Source: Candidatus Omnitrophota bacterium (GTDB taxonomy: Bacteria > Omnitrophota > Gorgyraeia > Zapsychrales > Zapsychraceae). Taken from it: 47,965 nt of DNA. The stretch lies in contig JADFXQ010000009.1 in the NCBI GenBank assembly GCA_015233495.1, forward strand, positions 1-47,965, written 5' to 3'. A program made the position numbers and the translations under genes. The notes under the pieces are model-generated. The model saw nothing but the letters and a program-made list of their open reading frames with translations, was not told the DNA's origin and did not search any database. Shown piece by piece: positions 29,000-39,012 of the stretch. Position 1 is the stretch's first letter; each line of letters begins with the position of its first letter.

Positions 29000-31900
29000 T
29001 TATTCTTCTTTGGTTTTGCTATCGGGTTGAATTTTTTCGCCGGTCTCGCCGCCCCTCACCATCTTAATATCGAGACACAGGCCCTGAAGTTCTTTAACGA
29101 GAACGTTGAAAGACTCCGGCGTGCCCGGGGCCAAACTTTGCTGCCCCTTGACAATCGCCTCATACATATCACTGCGGCCCTTGACATCGTCGCTTTTTAC
29201 GGTCAGCATTTCCTGCAGCGTGTAAGCGGCGCCATAGGCCTCCAGCGCCCAGACTTCCATTTCCCCAAAGCGTTGGCCGCCAAAATGCGCCTTGCCGCCT
29301 AAAGGTTGTTGGGTGACGAGCGAATACGGCCCAATAGACCGGGCATGGATTTTTTCGTCCACCAAATGGTTCAATTTCAACATATAAATATAACCGACCG
29401 TGACTTTTTGATCAAACGGCAAGCCCGTGTGGCCGTCGTAAACAAAGGTCTTGCCGTCTTCCGGCAATCCCGATTCCTTTAAAAGCGTTCGGATTTCTTC
29501 TTCGGTGGCGCCGTTAAAAACCTGAGTTTCGACATGAAATCCCAGCGCCCGAGCCGCCCAGCCCAAATGCGTCTCTAAGAGCTGTCCGACGTTCATACGA
29601 GAGGGAACGCCCAGCGGGTTCAAAATAACGTCAACCGGCGTGCCATCCGGCAAAAACGGCATATCTTCCGAAGGTAAAATCCGGGAAATAATCCCTTTGT
29701 TGCCGTGTCGTCCGGCCATTTTATCGCCTTCCTGAACCTTGCGTTTGGTCGCGACATAAACAACCACGCGCTTCAACACGCCCGCGGGAAGCTCATCGCC
29801 GCGTTTGACGCGTTCCACCTCTTGCTCTTCTTCAATAGTCAATTCCGCGATTTTATCATTATAAAAATTCCAAGCCTCATGCTCATCCGTGCCGACTTCA
29901 AAATCGCTCTTTTTCATCTTCGCGACTTTTTTTATGTCAATCCCCAAGAGCTTCGCGATTTTTTTATCCCGCTCATCCGCGGCCAATTGAATTTCTTGTT
30001 TGTAATACGCCCGGATCTTAACCGCTTCCTCTGCCTCTTTCTGTTTGCCGACTTTAGTCTTCCGGCCGCGCTCATTGCGCTGAAAAACTTCCACGTGCAC
30101 GATCACTCCATGAATGCCTGGGGGCAGGGTCATGGAAGTGTCGCGGATATCCGCCGCTTTTTCGCCAAAAATTGCCCGCAGCAAGCGCTCTTCCGGAGAC
30201 AATTCTTTTTCGCTCTTCGGCGTGACTTTGCCAACTAAGATGTCCCCGGCCTTCACTTCCGCGCCGACGCGGACCACGCCATCCTCATTTAAATTGACCA
30301 AAGCCTCTTCGCCGACATTGGGAATATCCCGCGTGATTTCTTCGTTGCCTAAGCGGGTCTCCCGGCATTCGCATTCAAAGCGCTCAATATGGATCGAGGT
30401 GAAAACATCTTCCCGGACCAATTTTTCATTGATGATAATCGCGTCTTCGAAGTTGTACCCCCGCCACGGCATAAAAGCGACGAGGACATTCGCGCCTAAG
30501 GCCAACCGGCCTTGGCTCGTAGCCATCCCGTCGGCAATAATCTTGCCGGTTTGAATTTTTTCCCCTAAGCGCACCAAAGGCCGCTGATGCTGACAGGTGT
30601 TCGCGTTCGTGCGTTGATAAGCCTTTAAGGGATAAACCGTATCGTCCACTACAATCTGATTAGCGTCTACCGCCGTGACCGTGCCCGGTTTGCGGGCCAC
30701 AACCACCACGCCCGAATCCCGCGCCACTTTTTCCTCAATCCCCGTCCCCACCAACGGGACCTGCGGGATCATCAAAGGAACGGCTTGCCGTTGCATATTC
30801 GAGCCCATTAAAGCCCGGTTAGCGTCGTCGTGTTCCAAAAACGGAATCAAGGAAGCGGCAATCGAGACCACCTGCAAAGGGGATACATCCATATATTTAA
30901 CGTCTTTTGGGTCGACTTTCGGAAAGTCCGTGCGATACCGGCAGGTCACGGTCGGTTCCGTGAAACGGCCATGATTGTCGACCGGCGCGTTGTACTGCGC
31001 CACGTTTTCATTTTGATCTTTATCCGCGGTTAAAAATTCCACCTGCTCAGTCACTTTACCTTCAATGACCTTGCGATAGGGCGTTTCAATAAACCCAAAT
31101 TCATTCACCCGCGCGCAATTTGTTAATGAGGAAATCAGACCGATATTCGGGCCTTCCGGCGTCTCAATCGGACAAACCCGGCCGTAATGGGTTGAATGCA
31201 CGTCGCGGACTTCAAACCCCGCCCGTTCCCGCGATAAGCCGCCCGGTCCGAGCGCGCTCAAACGGCGCTTATGGGTCATCTCCGCCAAAGGATTCACCTG
31301 GTCCATAAACTGCGATAACTGACTACGCGCGAAGAAATCCTGAATCTGGTTGGAAAAAAGCCGAGAATTGATTAAATGATGCGCGGTGAGATTTTCAAAA
31401 TTATTCATGACCACCAAACGTTCCTTGATCGAACGCTCCAAACGAGCTAAACCGATGCGCACTTGATTTTGGATCAATTCTCCGACGGTTTTGATGCGGC
31501 GGTTGCCGAGATGGTCGATATCGTCGGTTTCGCCGACCCCATCGCGCAAACGCATTAAATATCGGATTACTTCGACCACGGTGGCTAAGTCCAGGACCTT
31601 ATTGTCCAAAGGCACCTGCATCCCCAACTTGCGGTTGATGATATGCCGGCCAACCCGGCTCAAATCATAACGTTTCGGGTCATAAAAAAGCCGGAAAAAC
31701 AAGGCGTCCGCGACTTCCACCGTCGCCGGTTCCGTCGGACGCATCTTGCGGTAAAGATCCAATAACGCCTCTTCCTTGGTCTTGGTGTGATCTTTTTCCA
31801 GAGTGGGTTTCAGTTTTTCAAAATCATTGCCAAACAGAGCGGCCATGTCCGCTTCATTCGAAAGACCCATGATGCGCAAAATCTGAGTGGCCGGAAAATT

Positions 31901-32464
31901 ACGACGACGGTCAATATACGCTAAAAACACATTATTCAAATCATGCTTGATTTCAAACCAGGCGCCGCGCGACGGGATAATCCGGCCGTGATAAATGCTT
32001 TTTCCGGTAGGATGAAGTTCCTCTTCAAAGGAAACTCCTGGCGGACGCTGAATCTGAGAAACCACGACCCGCTCATCGCCGTTGATAATGAATGTCCCGG
32101 TGTCGGTCATCAGGGGAAAATCGCCAAAATAAACTTCCTGCTCTTTAATGTCCACCGGCGTAATGAGACGCAGTTTCACTTTCAGCGGTGCGGCAAAATT
32201 CATGCCGCGGCGTTTACATTCCGACGGAGCGTATTTTTCCTTGCCTAAAGAATAATTAATATATTCCAGCCGGATTTGCCCGTCATAACTCTCAAGCGGA
32301 AAAACCTCGCGGAAGACCTCTTCCAACCCGCGGTCTGCCCGTTTATCCGGGGCCGCGTCGTATTGTAAAAAATCCTCATACGCTTTCACTTGAAGATCTA
32401 ACAGATGCGGAAGATCAAAATCGCGTATTGTCTTAGCGAAATTGCGAATGTTTATTTTTTCCAT
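29000..32464 (-). CDS. rpoB: RNA polymerase beta subunit
   Basis: SQLSQFMDQ, HYGRVCPIETPEGPNIG and GDKMAGRHGNKG motifs; ATG at 32464. Confidence 0.99.
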   Translation of the reverse strand: MEKINIRNFAKTIRDFDLPHLLDLQVKAYEDFLQYDAAPDKRADRGLEEVFREVFPLESYDGQIRLEYINYSLGKEKYAPSECKRRGMNFAAPLKVKLRLITPVDIKEQEVYFGDFPLMTDTGTFIINGDERVVVSQIQRPPGVSFEEELHPTGKSIYHGRIIPSRGAWFEIKHDLNNVFLAYIDRRRNFPATQILRIMGLSNEADMAALFGNDFEKLKPTLEKDHTKTKEEALLDLYRKMRPTEPATVEVADALFFRLFYDPKRYDLSRVGRHIINRKLGMQVPLDNKVLDLATVVEVIRYLMRLRDGVGETDDIDHLGNRRIKTVGELIQNQVRIGLARLERSIKERLVVMNNFENLTAHHLINSRLFSNQIQDFFARSQLSQFMDQVNPLAEMTHKRRLSALGPGGLSRERAGFEVRDVHSTHYGRVCPIETPEGPNIGLISSLTNCARVNEFGFIETPYRKVIEGKVTEQVEFLTADKDQNENVAQYNAPVDNHGRFTEPTVTCRYRTDFPKVDPKDVKYMDVSPLQVVSIAASLIPFLEHDDANRALMGSNMQRQAVPLMIPQVPLVGTGIEEKVARDSGVVVVARKPGTVTAVDANQIVVDDTVYPLKAYQRTNANTCQHQRPLVRLGEKIQTGKIIADGMATSQGRLALGANVLVAFMPWRGYNFEDAIIINEKLVREDVFTSIHIERFECECRETRLGNEEITRDIPNVGEEALVNLNEDGVVRVGAEVKAGDILVGKVTPKSEKELSPEERLLRAIFGEKAADIRDTSMTLPPGIHGVIVHVEVFQRNERGRKTKVGKQKEAEEAVKIRAYYKQEIQLAADERDKKIAKLLGIDIKKVAKMKKSDFEVGTDEHEAWNFYNDKIAELTIEEEQEVERVKRGDELPAGVLKRVVVYVATKRKVQEGDKMAGRHGNKGIISRILPSEDMPFLPDGTPVDVILNPLGVPSRMNVGQLLETHLGWAARALGFHVETQVFNGATEEEIRTLLKESGLPEDGKTFVYDGHTGLPFDQKVTVGYIYMLKLNHLVDEKIHARSIGPYSLVTQQPLGGKAHFGGQRFGEMEVWALEAYGAAYTLQEMLTVKSDDVKGRSDMYEAIVKGQQSLAPGTPESFNVLVKELQGLCLDIKMVRGGETGEKIQPDSKTKEE

Positions 32465-32574
32465 AGCGCCTTCGGTGGGATTTCCCAATCTCGGGTTATG
32501 GCGTCTGTAGCCCAACAGAGCCGGTCAAATTTAGGTCAACCACGGCGAGCCGATTCGCCCGTCGATCATAACAA

Positions 32575-32982
32575 TTATTTCAACTCGACTTTAGCGCCCG
32601 CCGCTTCCAATTTCTTCTTAATTTCTTCCGCTTCCGCTTTCGCCACGGATTCTTTAAGCGTCTTCGGAGCGCCTTCGACTAAGTCTTTCGCTTCTTTCAA
32701 ACCTAAATTTGTAATCGCGCGCACTTCCTTAATAACCGCGATCTTATTCGCGCCGGCATTGGCGAGAATGACGTTAAATTCGGTTTTTTCTTCCGCCGCC
32801 GGAGCCGCTGCCGCCGCGCCCGCCGCAGGCATCATCATGCCCATGGGCATGCCAGCTGCCGCCTTGATCCCGAACTTGTCTTCTAAAGCTTTGACCAATT
32901 CGGACAATTCCAACGCGGTCAAACCTTCAATCGACTTGACTAAGTCTTGAAGTTTTGCCGAAAGTTCTGTATTTTCTGACAT
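32575..32982 (-). CDS. rplL: 50S ribosomal protein L7/L12
   Basis: EEKTEF and [20 protein letters not shown] motifs. Confidence 0.98.
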   Translation of the reverse strand: MSENTELSAKLQDLVKSIEGLTALELSELVKALEDKFGIKAAAGMPMGMMMPAAGAAAAAPAAEEKTEFNVILANAGANKIAVIKEVRAITNLGLKEAKDLVEGAPKTLKESVAKAEAEEIKKKLEAAGAKVELK

Positions 32983-32983
32983 T

Positions 32984-33511
32984 TTAACTCCCTCCCTTTT
33001 TTTCGCTCAATTGTTTCAAGATCGATAATAAATCCCGCGTCTTGGCGTTTAAAGCGCCGGCCAAACGGGACAACGGCGCCTGAATCGTCCCTAAAAGTTG
33101 ACTCAGCAACACTTCCCGCGGCGGTAATTCGGACAGCCGCTTCACATCTTCCTTAACGAGGACTTTCCCTTCGAGAAGACCGCCTTGAACCTTAACGCTT
33201 TCAGAGTCTTTTTCAAACTGAATTAAAATTTTGGAAACGGCGACGGAATCACCGTTCGTCTGCACGAAAGCGGTTTGATTGCTGATCCGGTCCGCTAATT
33301 TTTCATATCCCATTTCCCGCAAAGCCAAAGCCGCGATCGTATTCTTGGACACGAAAACATCCGCCCCGCTGCGTTTTAAAACCTTACGCAGATCGGTTAA
33401 TTTCTTCGTGGAAAGTTTAGTGTAGTTGAGCACAAAAACCGTTTTGTAATCTAAGCCGCGTTTGACGCGGTTCACGAGAAAATCCCGAAATATTTGTCCG
33501 ACTCTTTTCAT
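32984..33511 (-). CDS. rplJ: 50S ribosomal protein L10
   Basis: LTDLRK, VSKNT and [11 protein letters not shown] motifs; position between rplA and rplL. Confidence 0.95.
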   Translation of the reverse strand: MKRVGQIFRDFLVNRVKRGLDYKTVFVLNYTKLSTKKLTDLRKVLKRSGADVFVSKNTIAALALREMGYEKLADRISNQTAFVQTNGDSVAVSKILIQFEKDSESVKVQGGLLEGKVLVKEDVKRLSELPPREVLLSQLLGTIQAPLSRLAGALNAKTRDLLSILKQLSEKKGGS

Positions 33512-34188
33512 GCGTTCACCTTTAGCCCCGGCCCCATAGTGGTTGATATGGAAAACGATTTAATAAACGCCCCTTTCACCGAAGCCGGCTTGGCGTTGTT
33601 GATCGCGTCCAAGACGACTTGGGCGTTATCTAAAATTTTTTCTTTCGGAAACGACCGTTTTCCGATACCGACATGTATGCCGCCTTGTTTATCGGCCTTG
33701 AATTCAATTTTACCCGCCTTGACTTCCCGAATGGCTTTTTCAATATCCGTAGTCACTGTCCCCGCCTTCGGCGTGGGCATCAGGCCCCGCGGCCCGAGTA
33801 TTTTGCCCAATTTGCTCAAATCGCGCATCATGTCCGGCGAAGCCACTACCACGTCAAAATCCATGAATCCCTGTTCAACCTTGGCAATCAATTCATTCGC
33901 GCCCACATAATCAGCGCCAACCTCTCTCGCCTTCTGCTCCATTTCCCCCTTACAGAACACTGCCACGCGGACCGCCTTACCCAAACCATGCGGCAACCCA
34001 ACCGTGCCGCGCACCACTTGGTCGGTAGCCTTGGCATTAATGCGTAAAGCAAAATGCATTTCCACGGTTTCATCAAATTTGGTTTTCGGAAATTTTTCAA
34101 TCATGGCGATCGCCTCGGCCAGAGTGTAGGTTTTTTCCGGAGGCAATTGCTCTAACGCCGCTTTATTTCTTTTGCTTAATCTTGCCAT
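33508..34188 (-). CDS. rplA: 50S ribosomal protein L1
   Basis: KFDETVE, LGPRGLMP and STTMGPG motifs. Confidence 0.98.
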   Translation of the reverse strand: MARLSKRNKAALEQLPPEKTYTLAEAIAMIEKFPKTKFDETVEMHFALRINAKATDQVVRGTVGLPHGLGKAVRVAVFCKGEMEQKAREVGADYVGANELIAKVEQGFMDFDVVVASPDMMRDLSKLGKILGPRGLMPTPKAGTVTTDIEKAIREVKAGKIEFKADKQGGIHVGIGKRSFPKEKILDNAQVVLDAINNAKPASVKGAFIKSFSISTTMGPGLKVNA

Positions 34189-34204
34189 ATCTTCTCTTTC
34201 TTAT

Positions 34205-34297
34205 GGTATACGGTATACACGATACGGGATACGGTGCCATTTTTTACTGTATGGCATAAAAATCATTTAATGCTATTGCTTGCCGTATACCGCATAC
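34205..34297. repeat. Inverted pair of 7-nt arrays (GGTATAC-type)
   Basis: GGTATAC-GGTATAC-ACGATAC-GGGATAC ... CCGTATAC-CGCATAC in the rplK-rplA spacer. Confidence 0.7.
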
Positions 34298-34722
34298 TAA
34301 TCAACTATCTCAATCCCCATACTGCGGGCTGTCCCCGCGATACAAAGCATCGCCTGGGTTAATTTTTCCGTGTTCAAATCTTCCGTCTTGGTTTTAGCGA
34401 TTTCTTCCAATTGTTTCCGGGTGATCTTGCCGATTTTTTCTTTACCCGCCAAGCCGGAAGCTTTCGCCAAATTAGCCGCTTTTTTGATGAGCACCGAAGT
34501 CGGCGGCGTCTTAATAATAAAATCAAAAGATTTGTCTTTATAAACGCTGATGACCGCCGGCAAAATCAAACCTTCCCGGCCTTTCGTCTTTTCATTAAAA
34601 GACTTGCAAAACATCATGATATTGACGCCATGCTGACCCAAAGCGGGACCTACCGGCGGCGCCGGATTGGCCTGACCAGCAGGCACATAAAGCTTAATTT
34701 TCGCTACGACTTCTTTAGCCAT
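34297..34722 (-). CDS. rplK: 50S ribosomal protein L11
   Basis: [15 protein letters not shown] and GTARSMG motifs; ATG at 34722. Confidence 0.98.
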   Translation of the reverse strand: MAKEVVAKIKLYVPAGQANPAPPVGPALGQHGVNIMMFCKSFNEKTKGREGLILPAVISVYKDKSFDFIIKTPPTSVLIKKAANLAKASGLAGKEKIGKITRKQLEEIAKTKTEDLNTEKLTQAMLCIAGTARSMGIEIVD

Positions 34723-34723
34723 A

Positions 34724-35257
34724 TTAAATTTTTTCCACTTGCCAATATTCCAGTTCAACCAGAGTGGCCCGTCCAAAAATCGAGACACTCACTTTTAATT
34801 TGCCGCGATCCGGATAAACTTCCGTCACCGCGCCTGTAAAATTCGCGAACGGCCCTTGCGAAATCCTTATAGACTCGCCGATTTCAAAAATGATTTTCGG
34901 CATGGGCTTGGTTTCCGTGTCTTCCTTACGTTGGACAATCGACTTGACTTCTTCTTCGGAAATCGGCGTGGGACGGCGTCCCGGGCCGATAAAATTCGTG
35001 ATGCCCGGCGTGGATTTCACCAGATACCAGCTGTCTTTATTCATGTCCATTTTGATGAGAATATATCCCGGAAAGAATTTGCGTTCTGTGATCCGCTTTT
35101 TACCGCCGCGAACTTCCGAAACCTGCTCGGTGGGGACGACAACGGCTTCAATAAACTCTTTCAGCGCGGTCGTTTGCATACGGCTTTCTAATCCAGCTTT
35201 CGCCTTTTCTTCAGAACCCGTCTGTGTATGAACCACGTACCACTTTTTTTCGCTCAT
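34724..35257 (-). CDS. nusG: Transcription termination/antitermination factor NusG
   Basis: [16 protein letters not shown] and the KOW motif GPFANFTG...IFGRAT. Confidence 0.97.
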   Translation of the reverse strand: MSEKKWYVVHTQTGSEEKAKAGLESRMQTTALKEFIEAVVVPTEQVSEVRGGKKRITERKFFPGYILIKMDMNKDSWYLVKSTPGITNFIGPGRRPTPISEEEVKSIVQRKEDTETKPMPKIIFEIGESIRISQGPFANFTGAVTEVYPDRGKLKVSVSIFGRATLVELEYWQVEKI

Positions 35258-35267
35258 AACCAAAAAC

Positions 35268-35453
35268 CTACCTAATAAAAATACTCACGAATTTTGAAAG
35301 AGCGGCATCCACAAAAAAGATAAAAACGCCCAAAAACGCCGAACTGATGATCACGACATAGGTAGAATCCATCAGCTCCTGACGGGTCGACCAAGAGACC
35401 TTCTTCAGTTCCGCAGAAACTTCTGAAAAAAATTTTTTAATTTTTCCGAACAT
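35268..35453 (-). CDS. secE: Preprotein translocase subunit SecE
   Basis: ELKKVSWST plus a single transmembrane segment; located between tRNA-Trp and nusG. Confidence 0.95.
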   Translation of the reverse strand: MFGKIKKFFSEVSAELKKVSWSTRQELMDSTYVVIISSAFLGVFIFFVDAALSKFVSIFIR

Positions 35454-35462
35454 ATTTTTACG

Positions 35463-35536
<74 letters not shown>

Positions 35537-35554
35537 ACACATCCGCTGATAAAT

Positions 35555-35674
35555 AAGACACATGACACAAGACAAGTCGGGAACTTATTATTGATAGTTT
35601 GTCTTGCTTGCTTAAGTTCCCTATTTCAAATAAGACGTTCAACCAGAACACTTGTGTCTTGTGTCTTGTGTCTT
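35555..35674. repeat. Inverted pair of 7-nt arrays (GACACAW / TTGTGTC)
   Basis: AAGACACATGACACAAGACAAG ... CTTGTGTCTTGTGTCTTGTGTC between rpmG and tRNA-Trp. Confidence 0.75.
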
Positions 35675-35688
35675 TTTGTGGCTTTACG

Positions 35689-35841
35689 TTATTTCTTCGT
35701 TTCCTTGTGAGGTGAATGCTTCCGACAGAAACGACAGTATTTCTTAAGCTCAATCCGTTCCGGCTTTTTCTTTTTATCTTTGGTGGAGCTGTAATTGATT
35801 CGCTCGCACTCTAAACACTGAAATTGAATTGGTTCACGCAT
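35689..35841 (-). CDS. rpmG: 50S ribosomal protein L33, Zn-binding type (not in the ORF track)
   Basis: Manual translation: MREPIQFQCLECERINYSSTKDKKKKPERIELKKYCRFCRKHSPHKETKK*. Confidence 0.96.
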   Translation of the reverse strand: MREPIQFQCLECERINYSSTKDKKKKPERIELKKYCRFCRKHSPHKETKK

Positions 35842-35947
35842 AACTTCACTCTTTAACAAATTGCAGATCGAAAATAATGAATTAAGAAATCCCGCTCCCT
35901 GCGGATATCATTTTCTTTTACCGCCGCGAACACTGGCAAGGTTGATA

Positions 35948-36020
35948 AGCCCCCGACCGGGATTGAACCGGAGACCTCATCCTTACCAAGGATGTGCTCT
36001 ACCAACTGAGCTACAGGGGC
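35948..36020 (-). tRNA. tRNA-Thr(GGT)
   Basis: GCCCCTGTAGCTCAGTTGGTAGAGC, anticodon arm CATCC-TTGGTAA-GGATG and T-loop GTTCAATCC. The 3' CCA is not encoded. Confidence 0.96.
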
Positions 36021-36038
36021 GGTAAATAGAATTAGTAA

Positions 36039-36066
36039 AGTATAACCTTAAACTTTTATTTGTCAA
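36039..36066 (-). promoter_or_regulatory. Sigma70-type promoter heading the tRNA-Thr/ribosomal superoperon
   Basis: TTGACA (36066-36061), 16-nt spacer, TATACT (36044-36039); AT-rich upstream sequence. Confidence 0.75.
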
Positions 36067-36099
36067 GGGAATTTGAATGGAAAATTTTTAAAAATTTTT

Positions 36100-36135
36100 A
36101 AATTACAAATGACAAAATCCAAATGACAAAATAAA
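36100..36135. repeat. Half element of the AAATGAC 7-nt family
   Basis: AAATTAC-AAATGAC-AAAATCC-AAATGAC-AAAATAA, similar to the left arm at 4875. Confidence 0.65.
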
Positions 36136-36180
36136 GCAAGCAGTCAAAAATAAGGAGCTCAAAACATCACGCTCAAAGCA

Positions 36181-37341
36181 TCAAACCAGCCGAAGGAATC
36201 GTTTTTTCCCGACGCGCAAAACCCCCGGGCGCAATACGCCGTCTTCGGATTCCAACCTGTGCCCGTCCAAGGTCAGCGCGCCTTGGAGCAATAAACGGCG
36301 AAATTCGTTTTTGGAAGCGACGATTTTTCGCGTCACTAACATATCCGCAAGATTTTTTTCGCCAGCTAAAAAAACCGTTTCAATATCTTGCGGGACGTCT
36401 CCCTGACTAAACACCTTTTGAAATTCCGCCCGCGCTTTATCCGCGGCATCCGCTTTGTGAAATTGCCGGACCAGCAAAGCCGCCAAGTTTTCTTTCGCGG
36501 CTTTCGGGTGCATGGCCTTTATTTCCGGCAAATCACAATCCGTAAGCGTTTCATAATAGCGGTACATCAGCTCATCACAAATCGACATCACCTTGCCGAA
36601 CATCTCGGACGGCGCGTCATTGATGCCGATCGCGTTGCCCAAAGACTTGCTCATCTTGGCCACGCCGTCCAAACCTTCTAATAACGGCGTCATCATCACC
36701 ACCTGCGGCTCGCAGCCATGCGCTTCCTGTAACTGCCGGCCCATCAATAAGTTGAATTTCTGATCCGAACCGCCTAATTCAACGTCCGCCTTTAAATGCA
36801 CTGAATCATAGCCTTGCAATAGCGGATAAAAAAATTCCAGAATGCTGATTTCCTTGCCTTCTTCCATCCGCTGTTTAAAATCCGCCCGGGCCAGCATCTG
36901 GGCCACAGTGACATTGCGGGATAAACGTAAAATTTCCGCGGAGGACAAAGCCCCCAGCCAACTGCTGTTAAACAGAACTTTAGTTTTATTCGGATCCAGG
37001 ATCTTAAACACTTGCTCGCGATAGGTTTTGGTGTTGGCTTCAATCTCTGCTTTTTCCAAGCGGGGACGAAGTTTATCTTTGCCAGTCGGGTCGCCAATTT
37101 GCGCGGTAAAATCTCCGATCAAAAAAAGGATTTCATGGCCCAGATCCTGAAATTGACGAAGCTTCCTTAATAAGACAGTGTGGCCCAAATGCATGTCCGG
37201 AGCCGTGGGATCAAAGCCGGCTTTTATCCGTAAAGGAAGACCGGAGCTTTGACTATAAAATAATTTTTTTTCTAAACTTGGCAGATTGATGACTTCCGTG
37301 GTACCGCGGGTGAGGAGTTTGATTTGGGATGGGATATCCAT
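36181..37341 (-). CDS. tyrS: Tyrosine--tRNA ligase
   Basis: [13 protein letters not shown] (HIGH), [13 protein letters not shown] and KMSKS motifs, plus an S4-like C-terminus. Confidence 0.97.
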   Translation of the reverse strand: MDIPSQIKLLTRGTTEVINLPSLEKKLFYSQSSGLPLRIKAGFDPTAPDMHLGHTVLLRKLRQFQDLGHEILFLIGDFTAQIGDPTGKDKLRPRLEKAEIEANTKTYREQVFKILDPNKTKVLFNSSWLGALSSAEILRLSRNVTVAQMLARADFKQRMEEGKEISILEFFYPLLQGYDSVHLKADVELGGSDQKFNLLMGRQLQEAHGCEPQVVMMTPLLEGLDGVAKMSKSLGNAIGINDAPSEMFGKVMSICDELMYRYYETLTDCDLPEIKAMHPKAAKENLAALLVRQFHKADAADKARAEFQKVFSQGDVPQDIETVFLAGEKNLADMLVTRKIVASKNEFRRLLLQGALTLDGHRLESEDGVLRPGVLRVGKKRFLRLV

Positions 37342-37350
37342 AGAATATAT

Positions 37351-37460
37351 GGCGTCAGATCTCAATGGAATATCTGTGAAAATTCATATCCGAGTCAATT
37401 ATTCCACAGAAAATCAATCGCTCGGCGATTCTCATACCTATTCCATTGAGATCAGACACC
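37351..37460. repeat. REP/REPIN-like inverted repeat filling the rpsA-tyrS spacer
   Basis: Arms 37351-37372 and 37439-37460 match at 20/22 nt, with a perfect 15-bp core GATCTCAATGGAATA. Confidence 0.75.
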
Positions 37461-37464
37461 GACA

Positions 37465-39012
37465 TTATACCTTCGCGCTGACGCCGATCTTCATTTGATC
37501 AACATCAACCTTGATAATCTTAACTACGAGCTTATCGCCCGGTTTCAAAGCCTCGGCCCGTTCTTTTTCAATTTCGGAAGAATAAACCAAAGCTTCCACA
37601 TCTTCTTCCAATTTAACAAAAACGCCAAAATTGGAGTTGAGCACAACTTCCGCTTCAACTTCCAATCCCACCGGATATTTCCCCGCGATCTCATTCCAAG
37701 GGTTAGTTTTCAGCTGTTTCAATCCCAAATTGATCTTGCGATTATCGGGATCCACCGCCAAAACAATGACTTCAACGTCCTGGCCCTTTTGCAGAATATC
37801 CTGCGGATGATTGATTTTTTTCGTCCAAGACATATCGGAAATATGAATCATGCCTTCCAGCCCGGATTCCAATTCCACAAAAGCGCCATAATCCGTAAAC
37901 CCGCGCACTTTGCCTTTGACTACGGAACCGGCGGTATACAGCTTACCCGCTTCCAGCCAAGGATTGATTTCCAACTGTTTCATGCTCAGCGAAATCCGTT
38001 TGGAATCTTTATCAACATTGATCACCTGGACTTCAACCTCATTGCCAACCTTGAACATTTCCTGCGGATTAACGAGTTTCTTCTGCCAAGTGATTTCGGA
38101 GGAGTGCAAAAGCCCTTCAATCCCCCGTTCGATTTCCACGAACACGCCGTAAGGCATAACATTCACCACCTTGCCCTTGACGCGCGTGCCCGGCGGGTAT
38201 TTGCCATAAATATCCGCCCAAGGATTTTCCTTGATCTGTTTAAGCCCCAAAGAAACTTTGGAATTCCCTTTATCAAAATCAAGAATAAACACTTCCAATT
38301 TATCGCCGACCGAAAGCATTTCCGACGGATGATTGATCCGGGTCCAGCTCATATCGGTGATGTGCAAAAGCCCGTCCACCCCGCCTAAATCGATAAAAGC
38401 GCCAAAATCCGTGATCCCTTTGACCACGCCTTTGCGGCGCTGGCCTTTGGCCAACTCGCCCCAAACTTTTTCCCGGACCTCTTCCCGTTCTTTTTGCACG
38501 ACTTCCCGGCGGGAAAGAATCAGGTTGCGGCGCATCTTATTAAGCTTGGCAATCTGAAACTTGAATTTGCTGGTCATGATCTCGTCCATAGAAACGCCTT
38601 TAAACGCGGACAAAGACATCGGGAGAAAAGCTTCAATGCCTTCAATATCGACAATGAAACCGCCCTTGACCTGCTTGAGGACGCGCCCGTCGACAAAGTC
38701 GCCTTCGTTGATGGTATCGCCCAGTTTCATCCAGCCGCGGAGTTTCTCGGCCTTGGTGCGGGATAAAATAATTTTTCCTTCATCATCCTCTACGGACTCA
38801 ACCAAAACTTCCACTTCCGTTCCCAAACCCACGTTTTCAATGTTGCGCAACTCCTCCAAAGACAAAAAGCCTTCGGACTTGAACCCAACATCGATCACCG
38901 CCTCTTTGGCGTTGAGGGCTACGATTTTGCCCTTGACGATTTCTCCTTCTTTGACGTCGCGAAATGTTTCGTAATACATTTCGGTCATCACGTTTGTGGT
39001 GTTTTCCGTCAT
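37465..39012 (-). CDS. rpsA: 30S ribosomal protein S1
   Basis: Repeated S1 domains (FGAFIDLGGVDGLLHITDMSW, YGAFVELESGLEGMIHISDMSW); GAGAGG RBS. Confidence 0.97.
   Translation of the reverse strand: MTENTTNVMTEMYYETFRDVKEGEIVKGKIVALNAKEAVIDVGFKSEGFLSLEELRNIENVGLGTEVEVLVESVEDDEGKIILSRTKAEKLRGWMKLGDTINEGDFVDGRVLKQVKGGFIVDIEGIEAFLPMSLSAFKGVSMDEIMTSKFKFQIAKLNKMRRNLILSRREVVQKEREEVREKVWGELAKGQRRKGVVKGITDFGAFIDLGGVDGLLHITDMSWTRINHPSEMLSVGDKLEVFILDFDKGNSKVSLGLKQIKENPWADIYGKYPPGTRVKGKVVNVMPYGVFVEIERGIEGLLHSSEITWQKKLVNPQEMFKVGNEVEVQVINVDKDSKRISLSMKQLEINPWLEAGKLYTAGSVVKGKVRGFTDYGAFVELESGLEGMIHISDMSWTKKINHPQDILQKGQDVEVIVLAVDPDNRKINLGLKQLKTNPWNEIAGKYPVGLEVEAEVVLNSNFGVFVKLEEDVEALVYSSEIEKERAEALKPGDKLVVKIIKVDVDQMKIGVSAKV

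Noticed and set aside
37342..37464. T-box riboswitch upstream of tyrS
   Set aside because: No T-box consensus (AAGGTGGTACC-like) and no terminator/antiterminator pair; the spacer is also too short.
37495..38388. Long plus-strand ORFs (this 297-aa one, and others such as 11981-12640, 25397-26080 and 18745-19320)
   Set aside because: They are antisense shadows of highly conserved minus-strand genes, with no recognisable motifs or RBS.
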